Positions 9,295 to 16,846 of a stretch of DNA of 64,000 nucleotides are shown here, piece by piece. The first letter of the stretch is position 1, and the number at the start of each line of letters is the position of its first letter. Source of the DNA: Patescibacteria group bacterium (lineage in GTDB: Bacteria > Patescibacteriota > Minisyncoccia > UBA6257 > 1-14-0-10-40-38). The notes under the pieces are model-generated. The model was not told the origin of the DNA. It saw nothing but the letters and a program-made list of their open reading frames with translations, and did not search any database. Location: contig JBBTRX010000006.1 of the NCBI GenBank assembly GCA_038064975.1, positions 79,154 through 143,153 of the forward strand, written 5' to 3'. The position numbers and the translations under genes are program-made.

Positions 9295-9296
9295 TT

Positions 9297-9773
9297 ATGA
9301 GGATAAACAACACATTCAAGCTCATTATAGCCATTGTTGTTTCCGAACTCGCCGGGATCATTGGCTCGGTATTCACGATATCGTCCGTCGCTGGCTGGTA
9401 TGCAGGAATCGTGAAGCCGGCAATTAATCCTCCAGCGTGGGTGTTCGGACCGGTCTGGACGACGCTCTTTGCGCTCATGGGCATCGCCGCGTTCCTCGTA
9501 TGGAAGAAAGGATTGGATCGTAGGGATGTAAAAATTGCCCTCGGTATATTTCTCGGCCAGCTAATCCTGAACACGCTTTGGTCAATTATCTTTTTCGGTC
9601 TACGCAGTCCTGGCGGTGCATTGATTGAGATCGTATTCCTCTGGCTCGCCATTCTCGCTACTATCATCGCTTTTGCAAAAATCTCAAAACCGGCAGCTTG
9701 GCTTTTGGCGCCGTATATCCTTTGGGTTAGCTTCGCGATGTACTTAAACTACGCAATCTGGGCATTGAATTAA
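9297..9773 (+). CDS. tspO: TspO/MBR family tryptophan-rich sensory protein
   Basis: Five-TM architecture with conserved Trp/Pro patterns (PPAWVFGPVWTTLF, LWSIIFFG, APYILWVSFA). GC content returns to the genome average here. Confidence 0.85.
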   Translation: MRINNTFKLIIAIVVSELAGIIGSVFTISSVAGWYAGIVKPAINPPAWVFGPVWTTLFALMGIAAFLVWKKGLDRRDVKIALGIFLGQLILNTLWSIIFFGLRSPGGALIEIVFLWLAILATIIAFAKISKPAAWLLAPYILWVSFAMYLNYAIWALN

Positions 9774-9783
9774 AACATGAGTA

Positions 9784-9819
9784 CAACATTCCAACATTCT
9801 GCAGATTGTTGGAATGTTG
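9784..9819. repeat. palindromic repeat copy 1 (CCAACATTCTGCAGAATGTTGG family), one mismatch; candidate operator/promoter element
   Basis: caacattccaacattctgcag/attgttggaatgttg pairs at 17 of 18 positions about a CTGCAG centre. It is followed by TGTAAATAT, which looks like a -10 box. Confidence 0.7.
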
Positions 9820-9907
9820 TAAATATTGCGCAATATTATTAATCAAATCACATTTTGTGCGTAATAGCGTTCATATATATACTAGATACAGAAAATAAAA
9901 ACTAATT

Positions 9908-10672
9908 ATGCAAAAAACATTACTTTCAATTGGAGGCGTTCTCATCATTCTCGTCGTGGGGTTCTTTGTGCTGAATAGCTACATATACAATGAAAAGCAG
10001 GCGGGCTTTACCGCAGGGGATACGGTTTCGGCTACAGGCACCGTGCTTGCTATTGATTTGGAACAGGTAGCCTTTGATGGGCCATTCCTGATTACCTTAA
10101 AGCCTGAGGACGGCAAGCTCCTCACAATTGCCGTGCCTTCTATGGGACTGCAACTCTGTGAGGCGTATAAGGCGCTCAATATTGGTGACGTATCGCTCAT
10201 TAAAGTAGGCGACGAGTTTGAAGTGCGCGGAATCGTAGGCGAAGACGGCTCAATCGTCCCATGCGAATCCGCGGATCACTATCTGCGCCCCACGCCACTT
10301 ATTGTGGAGGACTTTGAAGGCGAAGCAGATCCTAAAGTCATGACACTCAACATGAAAACGTGGAATTGGATATATGCAATGAGTGGTGGAGAGGAAATTC
10401 AACCAAAAGCTCCAGGCATATTTACGCTCACATTTGGTGAAGAAAATAGATTTACCGCCACAACCGACTGCAACGCCATGTCCGGCAGCTACTCTGTAGG
10501 TACCTCCACGATTGCGTTCTCAAAAATCATCAGCACAAAAAAATTCTGCTCAAATTCCCAGGAATCTGATTTCGCATCCATCCTTCAAAAAGCAACCGGC
10601 TACCACTTCACCTCCCGCGGCCAACTCATTCTAGACTTCAAAACCCCCTCCGACACCGCAGAATTCAACTAA
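9908..10672 (+). CDS. membrane-anchored extracytoplasmic protein with C-terminal META/HslJ-like (DUF306) domain
   Basis: N-terminal signal-anchor MQKTLLSIGGVLIILVVGFF. The C-terminus reads ...FTLTFGEENRFTATTDCNAMSGSYSV...KFCSNSQESDFASILQKATGYHFTSRGQLILDF, which matches the META-domain pattern. Confidence 0.6.
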   Translation: MQKTLLSIGGVLIILVVGFFVLNSYIYNEKQAGFTAGDTVSATGTVLAIDLEQVAFDGPFLITLKPEDGKLLTIAVPSMGLQLCEAYKALNIGDVSLIKVGDEFEVRGIVGEDGSIVPCESADHYLRPTPLIVEDFEGEADPKVMTLNMKTWNWIYAMSGGEEIQPKAPGIFTLTFGEENRFTATTDCNAMSGSYSVGTSTIAFSKIISTKKFCSNSQESDFASILQKATGYHFTSRGQLILDFKTPSDTAEFN

Positions 10673-10720
10673 CCCTTACCTCACGACACTCCAACATTCT
10701 GCAGATTGTCGGAATGTTGT
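10670..10720 (+). repeat. 51-bp direct repeat, copy A (begins at the stop codon of the preceding gene and includes palindrome copy 2)
   Basis: taacccttacctcacgacactccaacattctgcagattgtcggaatgttgt is identical to 11599..11649. Confidence 0.85.
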
Positions 10721-10740
10721 AAATAGAGCAAAACAACATT

Positions 10741-11601
10741 ATGCAAAAAACGCTACCAATAATTATCATCATGATAATCATCGTGGGTTTTGGTGTAGCG
10801 TGGAAGTTCGTAAACAATGAAGCGCCGAGGGGTATGAGCACTGAATGCACGAAAGATTCCGATTGCCCCTCTCTACTATATCTCTGTGAGGAAACACAGG
10901 GTTCGGGAACGGTGTGCTCCAGCACCGACCCCACATGTGTTCCTACGCACACGACCATTGCAGGAGAATGCAAAGTAAAAGAAGGTAATCGTTGTACGCT
11001 GGATTCAGACTGCGCTTCCGGAAATATATGTAATAACAACCTTTGTACAAGTCCGATCGGAAGGGAATGCAGCGGACCAAGCGACACGAGCTGTCCCACG
11101 GATTTTGAATGCATACAAGGGTGCGGTTCGCCAGTTGGGTATCCAGGTGAGCCACCGCCTCCATACTTCTGTCAGCTTAAAGGCTATATTCGCTCGTGCC
11201 CTATTTGTCTTGCCAAACATACGTTAATTGATACGCCGCTTGGTGCGGTAGCAGTAGAAAATTTACAAAAAGGTACACCAGTGTGGACGGTGAGTAGTTC
11301 CGGCGAGCGCGTTTCCGGAGTAGTTACGCTGACGAGCAAAACGCCCGTTCCGTTAAGTCACAGGATGGTACAGCTTGTACTACAAGATGGGCGTACGCTT
11401 TCTGTTTCTCCAGGACACCCGACTACTGATGGACGCAAGGTAGGAAGCCTCACTCCAGGCGAGGTATATGACGGCGCTCGGATAATTTCTTCTCACCGAG
11501 TTGCCTACGGAGACGGATATACCTACGATCTTTTACCCTCGGGCGAAACCGGATTTTACTTCGCAAACGGGATTCTTCTTGATAGTACACTCCGCCCCTA
11601 A
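10741..11601 (+). CDS. secreted/membrane-anchored Cys-rich protein with C-terminal Hint (bacterial intein-like/Hedgehog-type) autoprocessing domain
   Basis: Signal-anchor MQKTLPIIIIMIIIVGFGV, a region with about 20 Cys, then Hint blocks. Block A is CLAKHTLIDTPLG, block B (TxxH) is LSVSPGHPTT, and blocks F/G are YTYDLLPSGETGFYFANGILL. There is no terminal HN and no C-extein. Confidence 0.65.
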   Translation: MQKTLPIIIIMIIIVGFGVAWKFVNNEAPRGMSTECTKDSDCPSLLYLCEETQGSGTVCSSTDPTCVPTHTTIAGECKVKEGNRCTLDSDCASGNICNNNLCTSPIGRECSGPSDTSCPTDFECIQGCGSPVGYPGEPPPPYFCQLKGYIRSCPICLAKHTLIDTPLGAVAVENLQKGTPVWTVSSSGERVSGVVTLTSKTPVPLSHRMVQLVLQDGRTLSVSPGHPTTDGRKVGSLTPGEVYDGARIISSHRVAYGDGYTYDLLPSGETGFYFANGILLDSTLRP

Positions 11602-11649
11602 CCCTTACCTCACGACACTCCAACATTCTGCAGATTGTCGGAATGTTGT
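11599..11649 (+). repeat. 51-bp direct repeat, copy B (includes palindrome copy 3)
   Basis: Identical to 10670..10720. The TGgTAATAT extended -10 sits immediately 3' of it, and the ArsR start codon is about 7 nt beyond that, implying a leaderless transcript. Confidence 0.85.
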
Positions 11650-11665
11650 GTGGTAATATAGAGAG

Positions 11666-11953
11666 ATGGACAAGACGAAATCACCAAAACAGATGGAACG
11701 TCATCTGAAGGGGATGGCGAATCATTATCGTATTGAGATACTTCTTCTTATCGCCGATCGCTCGAAAATAACGCTGGAGGAAATTACCGACATAGTTGGG
11801 GCAAACGAGAAAACCCTTAGTGAACACACAGGTAAACTCTATCAAGTTGGACTGATCAATAAAAAATACCGCGGCAGGTTTGTAGAACACTCCCTGTCGC
11901 CCTACGGCAAAACATTCGTCCGTTTCTTACAATCATTCCAAAACACGCAATAA
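11666..11953 (+). CDS. ArsR/SmtB-family winged-helix transcriptional regulator
   Basis: HLKGMANHYRIEILLLIADRSKITLEEITDIVGANEKTLSEHTGKLYQVGLINKKYRGRFVEHSL matches the ArsR HTH-wing pattern. It is flanked on both sides by the palindromic repeat. Confidence 0.75.
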   Translation: MDKTKSPKQMERHLKGMANHYRIEILLLIADRSKITLEEITDIVGANEKTLSEHTGKLYQVGLINKKYRGRFVEHSLSPYGKTFVRFLQSFQNTQ

Positions 11954-11998
11954 CATTCCAACATTCTGCAGAATGTTGGAATGTTATTGTTTTTGTTT
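11951..11998 (+). terminator. palindromic repeat copy 4: perfect 36-nt palindrome plus U-tract, an intrinsic terminator
   Basis: taacattccaacattctgcagaatgttggaatgtta has 18-bp perfect arms around TGCA, followed by ttgtttttgttt. It overlaps the ArsR stop codon. Confidence 0.75.
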
Positions 11999-12073
11999 GC
12001 AAATCTCATGCGGTAAGAGCAGAATTAGCTTTTCAAACCCATTAACTCATCAACTGTTTAACTCATTAACTAC

Positions 12074-13819
12074 ATGAAGCTCCTCTGGCAATACATTAAG
12101 CAACAGAAAAAGATACTTATCCTTGCGCTTGTTTTAGCGACGATTAACCAAGTTTTCTCTCTGCTTGATCCGCAGGTATTTCGGCTTATCGTTGATAGAT
12201 ACGCTACGAATGCATCCTCATTTACTGCTTCGGAGTTCGCCCGTGGGATTTTAGGATTACTCTTGTTATCTATGGGAGTAGCGTTTGTTTCTCGTGTCGC
12301 GAAGAATTTCCAAGATTATTATGTAAGCATCATTACTCAGCGAGTCGGCGCTAATCTTTATGCCCACAGCATCCATCATTCATTCTCTTTACCCTACGCA
12401 GCGTTTGAAGACCAGCGTTCAGGTGAATTGTTGTTGAAACTACAAAAAGCGCGTACGGACGCGCAAACACTCATTACGAGTTTTGTGGGAATTATATTCC
12501 TATCCACGGTAAGTATGGTCTTTGTGGTTGGCTATGCCTTTACTGTTAATTGGATTATTGGCACGGTGTATTTAGCTATTATTCCGATTGTCGGTACAGC
12601 ACAGTTTTATCTCTCGCGACGTATTAAAGGGGCTCAAAAAGAAATTGTCACGCAGACTGCATCCCTCGCTGGAGCTACAACAGAAACATTGCGGAACGTT
12701 GAGCTCGTGAAAAGTCTTGGGCTTGAAGCCCAGGAATCTGGACGATTGAACGACGTGAACGAAAAAATATTAGGTTTAGAATTACGAAAAATTCGGTTAA
12801 TTCGCGCACTAAGTTTTATCCAAGGAACAACGATCAACGCTATTCGCTCGGCGCTTCTTTTCCTTATGATGTGGCTTATCTTCAAGCAGGCGATAACGTT
12901 TGGAGAATTTTTCAGTCTTTATATTTATCTCTTCTTTATAATGGAACCGTTATCCAGCTTGGGTACGATTGCAAATACGTACCAGGAAACCCGCGCGAGC
13001 ATGGAGAAGCTTCAGCAAATTTTAGATACTCCTGCAGAAAAGAAACCGGAACATCCGCATACGATTGGTTCGCTAGACTCCATCACATTTAAAGACATGA
13101 GCTTTGCGTACAATGCGGGCAGCGAGCATTCTGCGAAGCAAATTAATCTCACGGTGGAAAAAGGGCAGACCGTAGCATTCGTAGGACCATCCGGATCTGG
13201 AAAGACTACAATGGTTAAAATTCTCCTTGGACTCTATAGGCCGACGAGCGGAAAGCTGCTCATGAATGGCGTGGACAGTGAATCTATTGATTACGACGCA
13301 CTCCGTAGGCGTATTGGTTATGTCTCACAGGACACGCAACTCTTTGCCGGTACGATTCGAGAAAACTTATTATTCGTAAATCCCGAAGCAAGCGATTCGG
13401 AATGTATGGAGGCATTACGGCATGCATCCGCTCTGCCTATTATTGAGCGCGGAGGAAAGGGACTCGAGACAAGGATCGGAGAAGGTGGAATTAAAATCTC
13501 GGGTGGAGAGCGCCAGCGCCTCGCGATTGCCCGCGCATTACTTAGGAATCCGGACCTCATTATTTTTGACGAAGCGACGAGCAGTCTTGATTCCCTGACG
13601 GAAAAAGAAATTTCGGATACTATTAAAAGTATCGGTATTACGCGGCCGAACTTGATGACGATCATGATCGCGCACCGGCTCTCTACGATTGCCCATGCGG
13701 ATACGATCTACGTTCTAGAACAAGGCAGGCTAGAAGAGCAGGGGACGCATAAGGGATTGCTGGAAAAGCGTGGTTTGTATGCAGCATTATGGAGAGAGCA
13801 GGGAGCAAACAGAGAATAG
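12074..13819 (+). CDS. ABC exporter, fused permease-ATPase (MsbA/MdlB-like)
   Basis: Six-TM N-terminal domain. C-terminal ABC domain with GPSGSGKTT, ISGGERQRLAIARAL and IIFDEATSSLD. Confidence 0.88.
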   Translation: MKLLWQYIKQQKKILILALVLATINQVFSLLDPQVFRLIVDRYATNASSFTASEFARGILGLLLLSMGVAFVSRVAKNFQDYYVSIITQRVGANLYAHSIHHSFSLPYAAFEDQRSGELLLKLQKARTDAQTLITSFVGIIFLSTVSMVFVVGYAFTVNWIIGTVYLAIIPIVGTAQFYLSRRIKGAQKEIVTQTASLAGATTETLRNVELVKSLGLEAQESGRLNDVNEKILGLELRKIRLIRALSFIQGTTINAIRSALLFLMMWLIFKQAITFGEFFSLYIYLFFIMEPLSSLGTIANTYQETRASMEKLQQILDTPAEKKPEHPHTIGSLDSITFKDMSFAYNAGSEHSAKQINLTVEKGQTVAFVGPSGSGKTTMVKILLGLYRPTSGKLLMNGVDSESIDYDALRRRIGYVSQDTQLFAGTIRENLLFVNPEASDSECMEALRHASALPIIERGGKGLETRIGEGGIKISGGERQRLAIARALLRNPDLIIFDEATSSLDSLTEKEISDTIKSIGITRPNLMTIMIAHRLSTIAHADTIYVLEQGRLEEQGTHKGLLEKRGLYAALWREQGANRE

Positions 13820-13834
13820 GGTTTAGGTCGAGGA

Positions 13835-14131
13835 GTGGGAGCGACGAAGATGTCGCAGTTTAATAAAACGCGACGTACTATTGAATCTATGTACTCCGTC
13901 TACATTCTAGAGTGTGCTGATAAAACTCTTTACATAGGGTCTACAAACGATTTAAAAAAGCGACTAAAGGCACATAACGGATTAAAGGGCGGGGCGCATT
14001 ACACAAAAATTCGCCGCCCGGTGACACTCAAGTATTCGGAAAATGTGAGAACCTTTGCAAAAGCCCGTAGTCGAGAAGCGGAATTAAAAAGATTATCCAG
14101 AGAAGAAAAATTAAAACTTATACAATTATGA
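13835..14131 (+). CDS. GIY-YIG nuclease superfamily protein (UPF0213-like); the real start may be the internal ATG at 13889
   Basis: MYSVYILECADKTLYIGSTNDLKKRLKAHNGLKGGAHYTKIRRPVTLKYSE matches the GIY-YIG consensus. Confidence 0.7.
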   Translation: MGATKMSQFNKTRRTIESMYSVYILECADKTLYIGSTNDLKKRLKAHNGLKGGAHYTKIRRPVTLKYSENVRTFAKARSREAELKRLSREEKLKLIQL

Positions 14132-14313
14132 AACTATTTACATCATATACATTCACGTGGTGGCAGATCGGTATTTTTAAATTAGCGCTCCTTTCAATCG
14201 GTGCTGCAATCGGTGCGTATTGCTCTGAGTTTTTCCAAGCCAATATGACTGCGGTTATTATTGTTGCGGTTGTCTCAACCGTGTACGTCCTCTACGTAGC
14301 TTTGAAACAATAA
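14128..14313 (+). CDS. small membrane protein (61 aa, 2 TM), translationally coupled
   Basis: ATGA overlap with the upstream gene. Hydrophobic. Confidence 0.35.
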   Translation: MKLFTSYTFTWWQIGIFKLALLSIGAAIGAYCSEFFQANMTAVIIVAVVSTVYVLYVALKQ

Positions 14314-14315
14314 TA

Positions 14316-14618
14316 ATGGAAAAGTACAATAAGCTCGTAAGAGATAATATTCCCGATATTTTGGATAAAAAGAATATCCCGTACGAAAAGAGGATCGCTT
14401 CGGAGAGTGAATATAAAACCGAACTTATTAAAAAACTGGATGAGGAAATGAAAGAATTTTCTATTGAAGGCAGTCCGGAGGAACTCGCTGACATTCTAGA
14501 AGTAGTTGAAGCGTTAAAAACGTTGCCAGAATATGAAACGGTGGAAAAAATAAAAAAAGAAAAACGTAAAGAAAAGGGTGGTTTTGAAAAGCGGATAATT
14601 CTCCAAGGAGAGAAATAA
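14316..14618 (+). CDS. MazG-like all-alpha nucleoside triphosphate pyrophosphohydrolase (house-cleaning NTP-PPase) family protein
   Basis: N-terminal KLVRDNIPDIL and an ELADILEVVEAL helix are typical of MazG/YpjD-like proteins. Confidence 0.5.
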   Translation: MEKYNKLVRDNIPDILDKKNIPYEKRIASESEYKTELIKKLDEEMKEFSIEGSPEELADILEVVEALKTLPEYETVEKIKKEKRKEKGGFEKRIILQGEK

Positions 14619-14649
14619 GGCTTATAAAACAGCGTTCTTTTGGGGGTCA

Positions 14650-14678
14650 TTGACAAAATAGAGATTTAGGAGTATCAT
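14650..14678 (+). promoter_or_regulatory. sigma70-type promoter of the cold-shock gene
   Basis: TTGACA, a 17-nt spacer, then TATCAT. The 5' UTR is about 55 nt long, typical of csp genes. Confidence 0.6.
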
Positions 14679-14737
14679 CGTCTTAAGCAATTAAGAGATG
14701 TGGTCGGATTTCTAAGAAGCAGAACAAAACAATTACC

Positions 14738-14935
14738 ATGACAGGAAAAATCAAAACACTCACAGAAAGAGGATTTGGATTCATTTCTCGCGAAGGCGAA
14801 GCAAAGGATCTATTCTTTCATTCTAAAGAGTTGGTTGGTGTTACCTTTGATGAACTCAGCGTTGGCGACGAAGTCACCTTCGAAGTTGCTGAGGGAGAAA
14901 AAGGTCCGAATGCCGTAAAGGTATCTCGCGCATAA
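14738..14935 (+). CDS. cspA: cold-shock protein (CspA family)
   Basis: GFGFISREGEAKDLFFHSKEL...GPNAVKV carries the RNP1/RNP2 motifs. Confidence 0.92.
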   Translation: MTGKIKTLTERGFGFISREGEAKDLFFHSKELVGVTFDELSVGDEVTFEVAEGEKGPNAVKVSRA

Positions 14936-14954
14936 GACACTAATTTAAATCAAA

Positions 14955-14986
14955 AACCGCTTAGCCATTTGGCCGAGCGGTTTTTG
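14955..14986 (+). terminator. intrinsic terminator after csp
   Basis: ccgcttagcc-attt-ggccgagcgg followed by ttttt. Confidence 0.6.
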
Positions 14987-15059
14987 ATTGTGTATATTCA
15001 TGAGCAGTTCACGGTATGATTATTACGGTAAAAAGGAGTAGAATGTAACTATTAAACAA

Positions 15060-15473
15060 ATGGCAAAAAATAAAACAACAGATGGAAAATATGTAGACGG
15101 ATTTGTGTTTGTAGTTTCCAAAAAGAAACTGGGAGAATATATTAAAATGGCGCAGTGGGGAAAAGAACTATGGATGAAACACGGCGCATTGGATTACAAA
15201 GAGTGTGTAGGCGATGATCTTCAAATAAAAGCAATGGGCGGAGTAAAGCCATTATCATTTTCTAAAATGGCTCAAGCTAAAGCCGGGGAGACGGTTTGTT
15301 TTTCTTTTATTGTTTTTAAGTCAAAACAGCATCGCGATAGTGTTAACGCGAAAGTTATGAAAGACCCAGTCATGAATGATCCCAAATATAAAGATATGCC
15401 AATGCCCTTTGATATGAGACGGATGGCGTACGGAGGATTTCAAGTAATGGTGGATGGGGGGAATAAAATATGA
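15060..15473 (+). CDS. DUF1428 (YbaA-like) family protein
   Basis: KYVDGFVFVVSKKKLGEYIKMAQ...HGALDYKEC...ETVCFSFIVFKSKQHRDSVNAKVMKDP...MPFDMRRMAYGGF matches my memory of the DUF1428 consensus. Confidence 0.55.
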   Translation: MAKNKTTDGKYVDGFVFVVSKKKLGEYIKMAQWGKELWMKHGALDYKECVGDDLQIKAMGGVKPLSFSKMAQAKAGETVCFSFIVFKSKQHRDSVNAKVMKDPVMNDPKYKDMPMPFDMRRMAYGGFQVMVDGGNKI

Positions 15474-15865
15474 ACAGAATTGTACATTTTGAAATTCAGG
15501 TGGAAAATCCTGAACGGGTAATAAAGTTTTATCGCGATGTTTTTGGCTGGGAATTTCCAAAGTGGGTTGAAGAACCGCCCTATTGGGCAGTAATGACTGC
15601 TCCAAAGGATAGTAAAGAGCCGGGTATTAATGGCGGACTACTTTTGCGTCCATGTCCTGCGCCTGCACTAGAACAGGGAACTAATGCATTTACATGTACA
15701 GTACAAGTTGATGATTTTGATTCGATAGCAGAAAAAATAGAAAAAGCTGGTGGTAAAGTCGCAATGCCGAAGTTCGCGCTTATGGGAGTTGCCTGGCAAG
15801 GATACTTTATAGACACTGAGGGAAATACATTTGGAGTCCATCAGGCGGATAGTAATGCAAAGTAA
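15470..15865 (+). CDS. VOC/glyoxalase-bleomycin resistance family protein
   Basis: MNRIVHFEIQVENPERVIKFYRDVFGWEF... and C-terminal ...GNTFGV. ATGA overlap with the upstream gene. Confidence 0.7.
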   Translation: MNRIVHFEIQVENPERVIKFYRDVFGWEFPKWVEEPPYWAVMTAPKDSKEPGINGGLLLRPCPAPALEQGTNAFTCTVQVDDFDSIAEKIEKAGGKVAMPKFALMGVAWQGYFIDTEGNTFGVHQADSNAK

Positions 15866-15867
15866 TA

Positions 15868-16269
15868 TTGAGCATCATCAATCAATGCATGCAAGATAAA
15901 AAATTTTCTATCGCACAACGGGCAAAGAGTATAACTCACGCGTGGCGGGGAATATGGCTATTCATGAAAACCACACACAACGCGTGGTTACATGTCGTAA
16001 GTCTTATCGTCGCAATAGCGATGGGGTTTTATTTTGAAATTTCTCGCGCTGAATGGATGGCGCTCATTCTTGCAGGAGGGTTCGTACTCGCGGCAGAGGC
16101 ATTTAATACCGCAATTGAAATTGATATGAATCTTACTTCTCCCGACTTCCACCCCTTTGCACGAGACGCGAAGGATGTTGCAGCCGGCGCCGTGCTTATT
16201 ACCTCTCTTGCAGCACTTGTTATTGGGATTTTTATTTTCTGGCCTTATATCTCCTTAAGCGTATTTTAA
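15868..16269 (+). CDS. dgkA: diacylglycerol/undecaprenol kinase DgkA family
   Basis: Three-TM protein with AEAFNTAIEIDMNL and an AAGAV motif. Confidence 0.72.
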   Translation: MSIINQCMQDKKFSIAQRAKSITHAWRGIWLFMKTTHNAWLHVVSLIVAIAMGFYFEISRAEWMALILAGGFVLAAEAFNTAIEIDMNLTSPDFHPFARDAKDVAAGAVLITSLAALVIGIFIFWPYISLSVF

Positions 16270-16276
16270 AAACCAT

Positions 16277-16780
16277 ATGATATTTAAAAATATACTTATT
16301 ATCGCGTTAGTCATCGTGGCACTCTTGGGGGCGGGATATTATTTGTATACTACGCAAGATGTAGGACAAGTCGCGTGTACTATGGAAGCTAGAGAGTGCC
16401 CTGATGGATCATTTGTGGGACGTGGTGGTCCAAAATGTGAATTTGCGGCGTGCCCTAACGAAGGAATGGGTGGAATCCGCGGAATCGTACTCTTAGGCCC
16501 GATCTGTCCAGTTGTCCAAAATCCGCCGGCCGCGGAATGTGCGGATAAGCCGTATTCAACCCGGCTTGCAGTTACTGCTCCCAATTCATCGCAAGTGATA
16601 CGGGAAGTTGAGTCGGATATCAATGGGAATTTTAGCGTTGCTCTTGCTCCGGGGAACTATGTTGTTGCCTCCGCCATTGCGGCAAATGTGCTTCCGTATT
16701 GTGCGGCGAGCGAGGTGATAACCGTGCAGGCAGGAATATATAAGAATGTTACGATCTTTTGCGATACCGGAATCAGGTAA
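16277..16780 (+). CDS. secreted hypothetical protein (signal peptide plus Cys-containing domain plus beta-sandwich-like C-terminus)
   Basis: N-terminal hydrophobic signal. No family assigned. Confidence 0.5.
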   Translation: MIFKNILIIALVIVALLGAGYYLYTTQDVGQVACTMEARECPDGSFVGRGGPKCEFAACPNEGMGGIRGIVLLGPICPVVQNPPAAECADKPYSTRLAVTAPNSSQVIREVESDINGNFSVALAPGNYVVASAIAANVLPYCAASEVITVQAGIYKNVTIFCDTGIR

Positions 16781-16821
16781 GTGTATTGGCAAAGCCATAA
16801 AAATATGTCACTATAAGAACT

Positions 16822-16846
16822 TCAAGCCGTTGGGCTTGATTTTCTT
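16822..16846 (+). terminator. hairpin plus U-tract ending one nt before the ABC-F start codon
   Basis: caagcc-gttg-ggcttg followed by attttctt. Confidence 0.5.
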
